A DNA stretch of 64,000 nucleotides from an uncultured cyanobacterium (GCA_963697335.1 CAVONQ010000002.1:249704-313703); one strand, 5' to 3'; numbered from the stretch's first letter, positions 54,415 through 63,554 are shown. Notes: a model not told the origin generated them from the sequence alone. Program-made: numbers and translations.

Positions 54415-55062
54415 ATGCTGATACCGCTCAAACCAGGGGAGCTGACGCGGCTGATCCCGGCGGTGGCCACCGGCCCCCAGTTCAACGCCTGCAGCGGCTC
54501 GCCCCGCAAGCTGCTGCAGCGCTTCTTCATCTCGGTGATCGGGGGTGTGATCAGCCTGCTGGTGAGCCAGACCCTGCTGTTCTCCAGCCAGGCCGGCCCG
54601 ATCATGCTGGTGACGGGCTTCGTGTTCCTGCTCTACATGCTGTGGGGGCCGATCCTGGAGGCCGGCCGCCGCAACGCCACCCTGCGCAAATACCCCGCCG
54701 CGGCGATCTTCGAGGGCCAGGTGGGCGACCTTTACACCACCGAGGTGGTGGAGAACCGGCGCGAACAGGCCGACAAGGGCGGCCGGCTGGAGCTGGTGGA
54801 GAACCGCCGCACCTGGCTGACGCTGGAGCTGGGGGACGAGGAGGGCTACCTGGGCAAGCTGCGCTTCCCGATGGACAAGAAGCATCAGCTGATCCGGCGG
54901 GGGCAGGTGGTGCGGCTGTTGGTGCTGAGCGAGCGGCGCGACTTCTCCCGCATCGGCGCCATCACCGACGCCTGGCTGCCCCAGTTGAAGCTGTGGGTGG
55001 GCGAGTATCCCTTTCTGCTGAAGCCGGCCTTCGAGGAGCTGTGCCTGCGGCGCCTGAGGTAG
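54415..55062 (+). CDS. Conserved hypothetical membrane protein
   Basis: LIPAVATGPQF, two TM segments, ELVENRR. Confidence 0.75.
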   Translation: MLIPLKPGELTRLIPAVATGPQFNACSGSPRKLLQRFFISVIGGVISLLVSQTLLFSSQAGPIMLVTGFVFLLYMLWGPILEAGRRNATLRKYPAAAIFEGQVGDLYTTEVVENRREQADKGGRLELVENRRTWLTLELGDEEGYLGKLRFPMDKKHQLIRRGQVVRLLVLSERRDFSRIGAITDAWLPQLKLWVGEYPFLLKPAFEELCLRRLR

Positions 55063-55093
55063 GGGCGAGCCGGCCAGGGGAGCCAGCCCATGG

Positions 55094-55131
55094 GCAACAC
55101 CCCGTCACACTGCGCAACAATGTGTTACATT
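55094..55131 (+). promoter_or_regulatory. HLR1-like (RpaB) direct-repeat array upstream of hli
   Basis: GCAACACC/GTCACACT/GCAACAAT/GTTACATT at a 10-bp period. Confidence 0.55.
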
Positions 55132-55155
55132 TCATGCAGTGAACGAGCTTCTCCC

Positions 55156-55401
55156 ATGACCCAAGCCAATCCGGCCATCATCCGCGGCGCCACCGTGACC
55201 ACCGAAGACGGCGGTCGCCTCAACGCCTTCGCCAGCGAGCCCCGCATGGAAGTGGTGAGCCCCGAGAGCGGCTGGGGTTTCCACGAGCGTGCCGAGAAGC
55301 TGAACGGCCGCATGGCCATGCTGGGCTTCATTGCCCTGCTCGCCACCGAATTCGCCCTGGGCGGTGAGGCCTTCACCCGCGGCCTGCTGGGCATCGGTTG
55401 A
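55156..55401 (+). CDS. hli: High-light-inducible protein (Hlip)
   Basis: EDGGRLNAFA, AEKLNGRMAMLGF. Confidence 0.92.
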   Translation: MTQANPAIIRGATVTTEDGGRLNAFASEPRMEVVSPESGWGFHERAEKLNGRMAMLGFIALLATEFALGGEAFTRGLLGIG

Positions 55402-55468
55402 TCCCACCTGTGGCGCTTCTCTGAGGGCGCCTGACTGAGCGCGGCTCACTGAGCACCCCTTCTCCTTG

Positions 55469-55495
55469 AGCCGCAGACTGACCTGCGGCTTTTTT
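55469..55495 (+). terminator. Terminator after hli
   Basis: AGCCGCAG-ACTGAC-CTGCGGCT-T5. Confidence 0.8.
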
Positions 55496-55511
55496 GATGC
55501 CTGGCTCCGCG

Positions 55512-56687
55512 ATGGTGACCCCCCCCTATCGGGCCCTGGTGCACGGGGCCGGACCCACCGGCGCCCTCAGCGCCCTGGCCCTGGCCGAGGCCGGCTGGCA
55601 GGTGACCCTGGCTGACCCGATGGACGCGCAGCAGCTGTGCAGCCGCCAGCGGGCCTACGCCTTCAGCCACGCCAGCCGGCGCCTGCTGGAGCAGCTCGAT
55701 CTCTGGCCGGCCCTGCAGGAGGTGATGGTGCCGTTTCGGCGCCTGCTGCTCTGTGATCAGGAGCTGGGGGCGTCGGTGCCGTTCGGGCTGGGCGATCTGG
55801 CCCCGGCCCTGCGCCGTGGTGCCGGCGCCGCCGTGGGCTGGGTGGGGCTGCACCGGCCCCTGATGGAGCTGCTGCTGGCGCGGCTGCGGGCCCACCCGGC
55901 CGTGGCCCTGAAGCTGGGCGGTTCCCTGGAGGCCGCTGCCTCCCCGGGGGCCGGGGCGGACCGCGAGGCCCCCGATCTGGTGGTGGCCGCCGATGGCCCC
56001 CACTCCCCCCACCGCGAGGCCCTGGGCATCGGCGTGTGGCAGCACACCTACCGCCAGAGCTGCCTCACGGCCCAGGTGGCCCTGCGCGGCAGCGCCGTCG
56101 ACGAGGCCTGGGAGCTGTTTCGGCCCGAGGGGCCCTTTGCCGTGCTGCCCCTGGCGTCCGGCCAGGCCCAGATGGTGTGGAGCGCCGCCAGTGGCCGCTG
56201 CCGCCAGCTGGAGAGCCTGGGCTCCAATGCCTTTCTGGATGTGCTGGCCGCCAGCCTCCCGGACGGCCTGCAGCCCGATGGGCTGCTGGATCGGCCCCGG
56301 GCCTTTCCGGTGGGCCTGCTGCTGGCCCGCCGGCTCAGCCGTGGCTCCACGCTGCTGGTGGGGGAGAGCGCCCACCGCTGCCATCCCGTGGGCGGCCAGG
56401 GGCTCAACCTCTGCTGGCGCGATGTGGCGGTGCTGCATCGGCTGGCCCGTCGCACCGCCGCCGGACGGCTCAGGCCCGAACGGCTGCCGGGGGCCTACGG
56501 CCGCCGCCGCTGGCCCGACCTGCTGCTCACCCTGGCGGCCACCGATCTGCTGATGCGCCTGTTCTCCAACCGTGTCAGGCTGCTGCTGCCTTTTCGGCGC
56601 CTGGGCCTGGCCGCTCTGGCCTCCGTGGCTCCGCTGCGACGGCTCAGCCTGGGGGCCATGACCCACGGCCCCTGCCAGCCATGGTGA
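55512..56687 (+). CDS. FAD-dependent monooxygenase (UbiH-like)
   Basis: GAGPTG, VAADG, GESAH..HPVGGQGLN. Confidence 0.88.
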   Translation: MVTPPYRALVHGAGPTGALSALALAEAGWQVTLADPMDAQQLCSRQRAYAFSHASRRLLEQLDLWPALQEVMVPFRRLLLCDQELGASVPFGLGDLAPALRRGAGAAVGWVGLHRPLMELLLARLRAHPAVALKLGGSLEAAASPGAGADREAPDLVVAADGPHSPHREALGIGVWQHTYRQSCLTAQVALRGSAVDEAWELFRPEGPFAVLPLASGQAQMVWSAASGRCRQLESLGSNAFLDVLAASLPDGLQPDGLLDRPRAFPVGLLLARRLSRGSTLLVGESAHRCHPVGGQGLNLCWRDVAVLHRLARRTAAGRLRPERLPGAYGRRRWPDLLLTLAATDLLMRLFSNRVRLLLPFRRLGLAALASVAPLRRLSLGAMTHGPCQPW

Positions 56688-56712
56688 TGTCTCCGCTGAT
56701 GGCGCCCTGACG

Positions 56713-56925
56713 ATGGTCATCAGCTCCAGCCCCCAGTCGCCGCCTCCCCAGGCCCTGCTGCGCTACCTGCGCAACCAGCTGGGCCTGAGCGAGAGCGCCC
56801 TGGCCCTGGGCATCAAGCAGGCCCAGCTGGAGCAGGCGCCGCTGCCGGCGGTGCTGTGGCGCTACGGCCTGATCAGCCTGGAGCAGCTCGAGCAGGTGTG
56901 GACCTGGCAGGACAGCAACCTCTAG
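56713..56925 (+). CDS. DUF2949 family protein
   Basis: PLPAVLWRYGLISLEQL. Confidence 0.8.
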   Translation: MVISSSPQSPPPQALLRYLRNQLGLSESALALGIKQAQLEQAPLPAVLWRYGLISLEQLEQVWTWQDSNL

Positions 56926-56939
56926 GTCTGGCCGAGAGC

Positions 56940-57464
56940 TCAGTCGTAAATGATCAAGGAGGTGATCGACTGGGCCTCGGGCAGGCGACTGCGGCCGGAC
57001 AGACCGGCCAGTTCGGCCACAAAGCTGAAGCCGCACAGCTCGCCCCCGGCGCTGCTCACCAGCTCGGCGCAGGCGGCTGCGGTGCCACCGGTGGCCAGCA
57101 GATCGTCCACCACCAGCACCCGGGGGCTGCCTTCGAGGGCATCGCTGCAGATTTCGAGGCGGTCGCTGCCGTATTCGAGGGCGTAGTCGACGCCGGTGAC
57201 GGCGCCGGGGAGCTTGCCGGGCTTGCGCACCGGCACGAAGCCCAGCTCCAGGCGGGTGGCCAGGGCCATGCCCACGATGAAGCCCCGCGATTCGATGCCC
57301 ACGATCAGATCCGGCTGCAGGGCGTTGGCGGCCAGCTCCAGTTGGCGGATCACCTCCTGCCAGCCCTGGGGATCGCGCATCAGCGGCGTGAGATCGCGGA
57401 ACAGGATGCCGGGCTTCGGGAAGTCGGGCACATCGCGCACGAACTGGCGCAGATCAACGGCCAT
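56940..57464 (-). CDS. apt: Adenine phosphoribosyltransferase
   Basis: [29 protein letters not shown]. Confidence 0.96.
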   Translation of the reverse strand: MAVDLRQFVRDVPDFPKPGILFRDLTPLMRDPQGWQEVIRQLELAANALQPDLIVGIESRGFIVGMALATRLELGFVPVRKPGKLPGAVTGVDYALEYGSDRLEICSDALEGSPRVLVVDDLLATGGTAAACAELVSSAGGELCGFSFVAELAGLSGRSRLPEAQSITSLIIYD

Positions 57465-57505
57465 CGGCGTGACGAAGGGGCGCGGGAGCTGGCATCATCG
57501 CAGCC

Positions 57506-58066
57506 ATGAGCGACCCAGCTGCAGCACCGCCAGCCCCGCCCCGGGCCGCTGAGCAGACCAGGCTGCCCCGCCGGGGACTGGAGCGGCTCGACCTGTTGCT
57601 GCTGAGCGTGGAGGCCCTCGACCTCAACGGCGGCGAGGCGATGGTGTGGATGAGCGAAGAGATGGGCTTCACCGGCCTGTTCCCCAACCGGGTGGAGCTC
57701 TGGAAACGGCGCTGCTACAACCCCCTGCGCCGCACCACCCGGCGCGGCGAGCTCGATCCGGCCGAGACGGACGCCCTGATCCGCATCCTCTGCGCCCTGG
57801 CCGACCGCCTCTACCCCCTGCTGCGGGCGCTGCTGTCGGAGGCCGAATCGCCCCAGGTGCGCGAGCAGCGCTGGCAGCTGTTCCAGGGGCGCCTGGGGGC
57901 GCTGCTGAACGAACGCATGAATCCCCGCCGGGTGGGGGTGCAGCGGCTGCTGGATCCCGTGCTGGGGGCCCCCCAGCGCCATCAGCTGGTGCAGACCCTC
58001 GCCCTCGGCGGCGGCATCGGTGGTTTCGAGCGGCTGCGCGCCAGCCTGATGGACCCCGGCGGCTGA
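57506..58066 (+). CDS. DUF3038 family protein
   Basis: LDLLLLSVEAL, NRVELW..R..NPLR. Confidence 0.8.
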   Translation: MSDPAAAPPAPPRAAEQTRLPRRGLERLDLLLLSVEALDLNGGEAMVWMSEEMGFTGLFPNRVELWKRRCYNPLRRTTRRGELDPAETDALIRILCALADRLYPLLRALLSEAESPQVREQRWQLFQGRLGALLNERMNPRRVGVQRLLDPVLGAPQRHQLVQTLALGGGIGGFERLRASLMDPGG

Positions 58067-58119
58067 GCCCCCTTGCCCCGACCTGACCCCACCCGCCATG
58101 ACCCCACCCTGAGTCCGCC

Positions 58120-58767
58120 ATGAAACAGACCCTGCGCTTCGAACAACTCAGCTGCCGGCTGCAGGTGGAGGGTCTGCCCGATGTGTCGGTGGGGCAGGGG
58201 GGCGAGGCGATCGGGATCATCACCGGCTGGAGCCTGAGCTGGGCCGGCCGGCCGGAGCTGGAGGGGCGCAAGGAGCACCTGCTGGCCCTGATGCAGGTGG
58301 TGTTGCCCTATGCCCGCCATCTGATCAGCGGCGTGCGCCGCCGCTTCGGCGGCCCGCCCCTGCCCGTGGAAATCGCCCCCGCTGGGGCAGACACCGCCGG
58401 GGCGAGCCACACCCTGCTGCTGCGCAGCAGCCAGCCCGACACCCCGCCTCTGACGATCGGCCTGGATGACGCCGAGCTGGCGGATCTGGTGCGGGTGCTG
58501 GACCAGCTGCGCCTCGATCCGCGCCTGCAGATGCCCCTGGATCTGCCCGTGCCCCAGCCCCTGAAGCCGCGGGAGGTGCAGGGGCGGCTGCCGCGGCGGC
58601 AGCGTCTGGCGGCTCCGCTGGGGGGAGCCGTGGCCCTCGCCATGGCCGCGGGGGTGAGCCTGCTGCTGCCCGAACCCCGCCCCCAGCCGGTCGCCGCCCC
58701 CCAGGCCCCTGCGGCCGCGGGCGCCCCCGCCGCTGGCTCCACGCCTGAGCCAGGTCCGAGTCCCTGA
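58120..58767 (+). CDS. DUF4335 family protein
   Basis: CRLQVEGLPD, YARHLISG, ELADLVRVLD. Confidence 0.8.
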   Translation: MKQTLRFEQLSCRLQVEGLPDVSVGQGGEAIGIITGWSLSWAGRPELEGRKEHLLALMQVVLPYARHLISGVRRRFGGPPLPVEIAPAGADTAGASHTLLLRSSQPDTPPLTIGLDDAELADLVRVLDQLRLDPRLQMPLDLPVPQPLKPREVQGRLPRRQRLAAPLGGAVALAMAAGVSLLLPEPRPQPVAAPQAPAAAGAPAAGSTPEPGPSP

Positions 58768-58880
58768 ACTTGACGCCGGCGCCAGGCTGGTCACACTGAG
58801 TCCAGGATTCAGGTTCCTTGGGCTACGTCAGCCAACGCCCTTCGTTTCCCGTTCTCTTTGCGCTTTGATCTGTCCGCTGC

Positions 58881-59129
58881 ATGACGACACTGAGCTGGTC
58901 TGAGTTGCGGATCCGGGTGGCGCGCCTGGGCGCCAGCCTCGATGTGGTGGTGCGCAGTGATCCCGAGGTGTGTGGCCTCAGTGGTGAGGAGTTTCGGCTC
59001 ACCCTGCACCACGGCGGCCAGGGCGACTGCACGGTGGGCGGCCTGCACCTGATCGACTGCCCCAACGAGCTGGTGCTGATGGAGTTCGAGCGCTGGATGC
59101 GTGGCGCCGGCCACGCCCTCGAGGCATGA
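58881..59129 (+). CDS. Hypothetical protein
   Basis: 82-aa ORF whose stop overlaps the next gene's start (ATGA). Confidence 0.6.
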   Translation: MTTLSWSELRIRVARLGASLDVVVRSDPEVCGLSGEEFRLTLHHGGQGDCTVGGLHLIDCPNELVLMEFERWMRGAGHALEA

Positions 59130-59488
59130 CCTCCTCCCGCCGTCCCCTGCTGCAGCTCCCCCAGAAGGCGGCGGGCCAGCGCAAGGTGTTTCGGCGCAAG
59201 AGCCGGCCGACGCGGCTGCGGCAGTTTGGCTCCGGGCTGCTGCTGGGGGCCCTGGGCTGTGGCCTGCTGGCGGGGCTGCTGCAGATCCCGGCGCGGCTCG
59301 ATGCCTTCCTGCTGCTCAGCGAGGCGCTCGTCCACCTGATCGAGGGGGTGAGCACCTTCCTGCTGGGGTTCGTGCAGCTGCTGGCCGTGGTGCTGCTGGT
59401 GGTGGTGGCCCTGGGGGCGCTGGTGCTGGTGGTGGCTGGGGTTGTGCGGCTGGTGCGGGCCTGCCTGCCCCGCCGCCCCTCGAGCTGA
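59126..59488 (+). CDS. Hypothetical membrane protein
   Basis: Basic N-terminus followed by hydrophobic helices. Confidence 0.6.
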   Translation: MTSSRRPLLQLPQKAAGQRKVFRRKSRPTRLRQFGSGLLLGALGCGLLAGLLQIPARLDAFLLLSEALVHLIEGVSTFLLGFVQLLAVVLLVVVALGALVLVVAGVVRLVRACLPRRPSS

Positions 59489-59502
59489 GGGCGGGAGCGG
59501 GC

Positions 59503-59616
59503 TCAGCCGTGCAGGCGCGAGAACCAGAGGCCGGTGAGCTGCCAGCTCGACCACAGAAAGGCGGCCAGAAACAGCCAGTTGAGCCAGGCGGGGCGCTGGC
59601 GGGGCTCCTGGGCCAT
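59503..59616 (-). CDS. Small membrane protein (37 aa)
   Basis: MAQEPRQRPAWLNWLFLAAFLWSSWQLTGLWFSRLHG. Confidence 0.5.
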   Translation of the reverse strand: MAQEPRQRPAWLNWLFLAAFLWSSWQLTGLWFSRLHG

Positions 59617-59719
59617 GGGGGTGTGGGGGGAGGGGATCCCCTCAGCCTGCCACCTGAACGGGTGTGTCGTTCCTTGTCTGTTTGTCGCTGAGGCTGGCCA
59701 GTTGCTTAGTCTCTGTGCC

Positions 59720-60076
59720 ATGGGAAATCCGATCAGCCGGGAATTATTTCTGGAACGGGCCCGTTCGCGCTTTGGCGATCGCTATGACTACGGCGAAATA
59801 ATCTACAAAAGCTATAAATCACCCATCAAGATTCGCTGCAAGATGCATCCGGTGAAGCAGATCTGCATCACCCCTGAAAAGCATCTGCAAACCACCGGCG
59901 GCTGCAAGTACTGCCTGCGGGAGATGCGCATTCAGATGCTGGAGCGGGAGCTCAACCGCCAGAGCGCCCAGCATCCCCCCGTCCAGGCGGGCGAGGCCGC
60001 TCGGCTGGAGCCCCAGACCGCTGCTGGCCTGGGCCCCCAGACGCCGCCGCCGCCGGCCTCACCACCCGCCCCCTGA
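59720..60076 (+). CDS. Stand-alone DUF723/CapR-like zinc-binding domain protein
   Basis: FLERAR..FGDRYDY...Y...SPIKIRCKMH......TPEKHL...GGCKYC. Confidence 0.65.
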   Translation: MGNPISRELFLERARSRFGDRYDYGEIIYKSYKSPIKIRCKMHPVKQICITPEKHLQTTGGCKYCLREMRIQMLERELNRQSAQHPPVQAGEAARLEPQTAAGLGPQTPPPPASPPAP

Positions 60077-60209
60077 GCCCTGGCCTGTCGCCCGTAGCCC
60101 GGCAGCTCAAGACCCAGGCCCTGGAGGTGTTCCGCGACCCCGCCGCAGCGCTGAGGCCACCCCTTTCGATCTTCAAGACCGCACCCGCAGGCTCGGTCAG
60201 GGGGCGCCG

Positions 60210-60500
60210 CGGGAGCACAACGTGGCCCTCGATGCGCCGGCTTGGATGGCACCTTGATGAAGGAAGCGCCGCTGCTGGCGGTGACCCTGGTGGACAACCA
60301 GGATTTGGTTGAAGCCGCTGGCCTACGCCTTCATCCTGCTGCGGGATGAGGGCTATCCCTGCAGCTTCCGTGCCGATTACTGCGGGGCCTCCCACCCCGC
60401 CGCGTTCATCACCAACGCCGAAGGCTGGGCCGAGTGGCACTGCCAGGGAGGCTCGGTGACGGGGTGGGTGGAGGAGAGCTGGTGGGAGGAGCCGTCTTAG
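60210..60500 (+). pseudogene. Deleted remnant of a cytoplasmic alpha-amylase (GH13, AmyA-like) C-terminus
   Basis: DGTLMKEAPLLAVTLVDNQD / WLKPLAYAFILLRDEGYPC..ADY.GA / TNAEGWAEWHCQGGSVTGWV in broken frames. Confidence 0.7.
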
Positions 60501-60549
60501 CCGTAGGGATCCTCACGGGATCTGGAGTGTGCTAAGGGTATAGAGACCT

Positions 60550-60598
60550 GTGCTCAAAGGGCCTGCTGAGGGCCTGCAGTCCGGCTGACATTTTGTAG
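60550..60598 (+). pseudogene. intI: 3'-terminal stub of an integron integrase
   Basis: GTGCTCAA-AGGGCCTGCTGAGGGCCTGCAGTCCGGCTGACATTTTGTAG reads, with a frameshift, VL(N)..GLLRACSPADIL*, like the IntI tail VLNRGxxGVxSPxD; upstream of the cassettes. Confidence 0.5.
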
Positions 60599-60853
60599 CC
60601 AATTGAACAGGTGGTTTGCGGACCCATGAACCACACTGAAGAAGACAGGAGCGGTGCTGAGATCCTAAGGTGGGCAAGGGATTTCCAGAATCGGGTGAGG
60701 ATTTCTAATTGTGGTTATCAGAAAGGTGAGGACCGGCTGCTGTGGTTCATGGAACCATCCAATGACTAGTTGGCAGGGCATCTAAGAGTCTCGTCAGACT
60801 TGACATACTTGCGGCACTGCTCTAAATTTTCAATTCCTATAGACCTTGGGCTA

Positions 60854-61273
60854 GTGGCAAGCTGGTTGACCGAGTTTCAGGAGTGGTACGCCGAGCAGCA
60901 CCCCATTGTTAAAGGCGCAGTTGTACTAGGCGGTGGCGCCGTTGCCTGCGCTGGTGGTGTTGTTGCTGCCCCCGTTGTCGGTGCGATGGCATCTGCAGCA
61001 GGTCTAGGGGTAGCAGGAGGATCCCTAGCGGGCGCTGCCGCGTCTTCGGCAGGTCTTGCTGCTTTGGGTGGAGGCTCCTTGGCTGCAGGTGGTCTGGGGA
61101 TGGCTGGAGGAACAGCTGTAGTAGCTGCAGCAGCAGGTGCGGCAGGTGCAGGTGCCACATCAATCCTAAGCAAGAAAGTTGATTCCGAAGGTGAACGCAC
61201 GAAGGAAGACTTCAAGAGGGCTTCAAGCGAAAGGGTTCAAAAAGGTGACATTCGTTTTGAGGATGAGGTTTGA
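60854..61273 (+). CDS. Glycine-zipper membrane protein A (cassette 1)
   Basis: Long Gly/Ala hydrophobic tract GAAASSAGLAALGGGSLAAGGLGMAGG. Confidence 0.7.
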   Translation: MASWLTEFQEWYAEQHPIVKGAVVLGGGAVACAGGVVAAPVVGAMASAAGLGVAGGSLAGAAASSAGLAALGGGSLAAGGLGMAGGTAVVAAAAGAAGAGATSILSKKVDSEGERTKEDFKRASSERVQKGDIRFEDEV

Positions 61274-61275
61274 CG

Positions 61276-61647
61276 ATGGCTTCTGTCGCTGACTTTGCAA
61301 CTGAATTTGCCAAGAGAGCTGCAAATGGCAAAAATCCTTCTGTTTATGTGTCTAAGTTGCATGTAGAGAGCTTCCTTCTGGTCTTGGCGCGAGAGGGGTT
61401 CTCGTTCGCTAAGGAGGCACTTGAGCAAATCACCGATCCAGATCTCAGAAGAATCATTGAGACGATCTTCTTCTCAACCGTGATTGGAGCGGGCGCGGGT
61501 GCTGTTATCGGGGGAGTAGTTGCTGGCCCCCCGGGAGCTCAAGTGGGAGCTGCTGTTGGTGCAGGCCTAGGTTTCGCAGCCGGCTGTATCGCCATAACAA
61601 TTACTGCTAAGCAAAAGGGGGATGGCCTTCAGATCTCTATGGCCTAA
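61276..61647 (+). CDS. Glycine-zipper membrane protein B (cassette 1)
   Basis: GAGAGAVIGGVVAGPPGAQVGAAVGAGLG hairpin; abuts gene A. Confidence 0.75.
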   Translation: MASVADFATEFAKRAANGKNPSVYVSKLHVESFLLVLAREGFSFAKEALEQITDPDLRRIIETIFFSTVIGAGAGAVIGGVVAGPPGAQVGAAVGAGLGFAAGCIAITITAKQKGDGLQISMA

Positions 61648-61725
61648 TACACTTTAGCACTTCCCTCTGGAGTTCAATAGGGATTATCATAGTTTGCGAA
61701 AGTGCATCAGGCTGCAACAGTTGCC

Positions 61726-61810
61726 TGCCAACATCAAGATACAGAAGACGGGAGCGATACGTAATGGCTGGTCTTGGGGTTGTTGCCCGCTTCTGATCTT
61801 GGCGTTATGC
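61726..61810 (+). repeat. attC site 1
   Basis: TGCCAAC-ATCAAGAT-A-CAGAAG-A-CGGG...CCCG-CTTCTG-ATCTTGG-C-GTTATGC imperfect inverted repeat with bulged bases. Confidence 0.85.
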
Positions 61811-61976
61811 GGCCTACCTGAAGCTAGCCATTCGAAAGCTTCCTACATCTGAGCTTTGCGCCTGCCTCGGGCTGCAATCCATGAACACTCAGCTTGGTGA
61901 GCCTATAATTTTGAAATCTGCCTTGGGGCGCACGTCATAGTGTCGGTTCAGTAAGCCTTCCGCGCAGGAGCCCTAA

Positions 61977-62702
61977 GTGCTACCACCCATCACGAGACAG
62001 AAGTACGCTGAAAGGTTGGCCGAGTTAATCAGGCGCGGGGAAGCGGTGCCTGTCTCAAGCAAGACTATATCGAGCGAGAATTGGGTCACTGGCATGACCA
62101 CCTCCAGGCTAGTCGAGACAGTTGATTGGCCAGAATTCGTAAAGTGGCGCACCAACTGCACGACTCTGCTCGACCAGCTGTTGCCTACTTCCAGTGCCCA
62201 TCGTGCCACCGCCGAGCAATTCAAAACAATAAAGAATAATCGTGATTCGCTGCAGTTTGGCATTCAGTTCATGAAAGCCGTTTCTGAAGACTTTGATCAA
62301 GGATTTTTTGACGACATCGGAATGCAGATTGAGACTGAGATCGCTGCTGATTATCTTGGTCAAGCGATAATGCTGGTCGAGTCGGAGTTGCGGGAACAGA
62401 TCAGCTCTGCCCCAGCGGCCGTCCTTGCCGGGGTGGTTCTTGAGAAGTGTCTTCGCTCAATGTGCGAACATTTGAGCCCCCCAGAGCCAACAACACTAAA
62501 TAACGGAAAGCCCCTAACATTGAACCCATTAATCGAAGCATTGCGAAAGAGGGGCGCATTCAACGAGGTACAGGCCAAGCACCTCCGAGCATGGGCTGAC
62601 ATTCGGAATAGTGCCGCGCACGGACAATTTGAAGAATTCACAACGGAACAAGTAAAGGCAATGATCAGAGGCATTGAATTGTTTCTGGCGCAAAGCAGAT
62701 GA
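61977..62702 (+). CDS. HEPN-domain (DUF4145-like) protein (cassette 2)
   Basis: AAVLAGVVLE..LR and RNSAAH (Rx4H); AGGAG RBS before the GTG start. Confidence 0.8.
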   Translation: MLPPITRQKYAERLAELIRRGEAVPVSSKTISSENWVTGMTTSRLVETVDWPEFVKWRTNCTTLLDQLLPTSSAHRATAEQFKTIKNNRDSLQFGIQFMKAVSEDFDQGFFDDIGMQIETEIAADYLGQAIMLVESELREQISSAPAAVLAGVVLEKCLRSMCEHLSPPEPTTLNNGKPLTLNPLIEALRKRGAFNEVQAKHLRAWADIRNSAAHGQFEEFTTEQVKAMIRGIELFLAQSR

Positions 62703-62703
62703 T

Positions 62704-62737
62704 CTCTAATATGAGCATCCAGAGAGTCCACTTAGGC
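62704..62737 (+). repeat. Degenerate, internally deleted attC site
   Basis: CTCTAAT-ATGAGCATCCAG right after the stop codon; ends CTTAGGC, complementary to the next R'' GCCTAAC. Confidence 0.45.
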
Positions 62738-62822
62738 CGCCAGCAGAGATTTCTGGCCTAGTAGCACCTATAACCTCAAGCTGCGCCTTAAACTTAGCTT
62801 GAGACAGATCTGGAAGAGCAGA

Positions 62823-63455
62823 ATGAACATTCATTGGACAAAGGAACACTTGCCGTTTCGGGAGAGCCTTATTGAGGTCAACATGGTTGTTGGGTATCGC
62901 GACCGCACCACTCAGAACATTACGGATTGCCCTGCTTATATTTTGCAAGGCATAAGAAATGGGGTCCTGAAGAATTATCCAACTGCATTGAAGAAATATA
63001 ACACGTCTTACTGCAACGCTATCCCCAAGATTATCAGTGGCTTTCTGACAGCATTCAAGGATCGTTGCGTTCACCATGCTGCCCTCATTGTGCCACCTTC
63101 CTCTCGGGATGACGCGCGGCCTTATGCGGAAGCTTTGTTGAAGGCTGGGATAGCGTACATCGACTTATCCGACTGTGTACAGAGAATCGATTCTTCTTTC
63201 CGCGCAGGTGGGGCGGTGTCGTTTGAAGATGTTTGCTCTTCAATCAAGGTTATTCAAGAACCACCGACCGAACCTTACGGCTCCCTAGTCGTGGTCGATG
63301 ATGTTTTGTCTTCCGGGCGTTCAGTCGCGGCAGTCGTGCTGGCACTTCGCAATTCAGGATTTATTCTTCAATCGACCGAGATTTTCGTGGCTGCTGTGCT
63401 CTCTGTCGAACGCAAGGTTCAGGTCGAACCGGCTGGCGAGGAAGAGACTGCCTAA
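62823..63455 (+). CDS. Phosphoribosyltransferase-like (ComF-type) protein (cassette 3)
   Basis: LIVPPSS and PRPP-loop LVVVDDVLSSGRS; stop codon lies inside the attC R''. Confidence 0.75.
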   Translation: MNIHWTKEHLPFRESLIEVNMVVGYRDRTTQNITDCPAYILQGIRNGVLKNYPTALKKYNTSYCNAIPKIISGFLTAFKDRCVHHAALIVPPSSRDDARPYAEALLKAGIAYIDLSDCVQRIDSSFRAGGAVSFEDVCSSIKVIQEPPTEPYGSLVVVDDVLSSGRSVAAVVLALRNSGFILQSTEIFVAAVLSVERKVQVEPAGEEETA

Positions 63456-63536
63456 CATCATCATCCAACCGGCCCGTTCAAACCAGTTTGTATAGTAGCC
63501 ATGATTGCCGCGCGCGGCTGATGATGGGCGTAATGC
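63450..63536 (+). repeat. attC site 2 (R' GTT mutated to GTA)
   Basis: GCCTAAC-ATCATCAT-C-CAACCG...CGGCTG-ATGATGGGC-GTAATGC. Confidence 0.75.
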
Positions 63537-63554
63537 GGAAACACAGCTTGAGCC

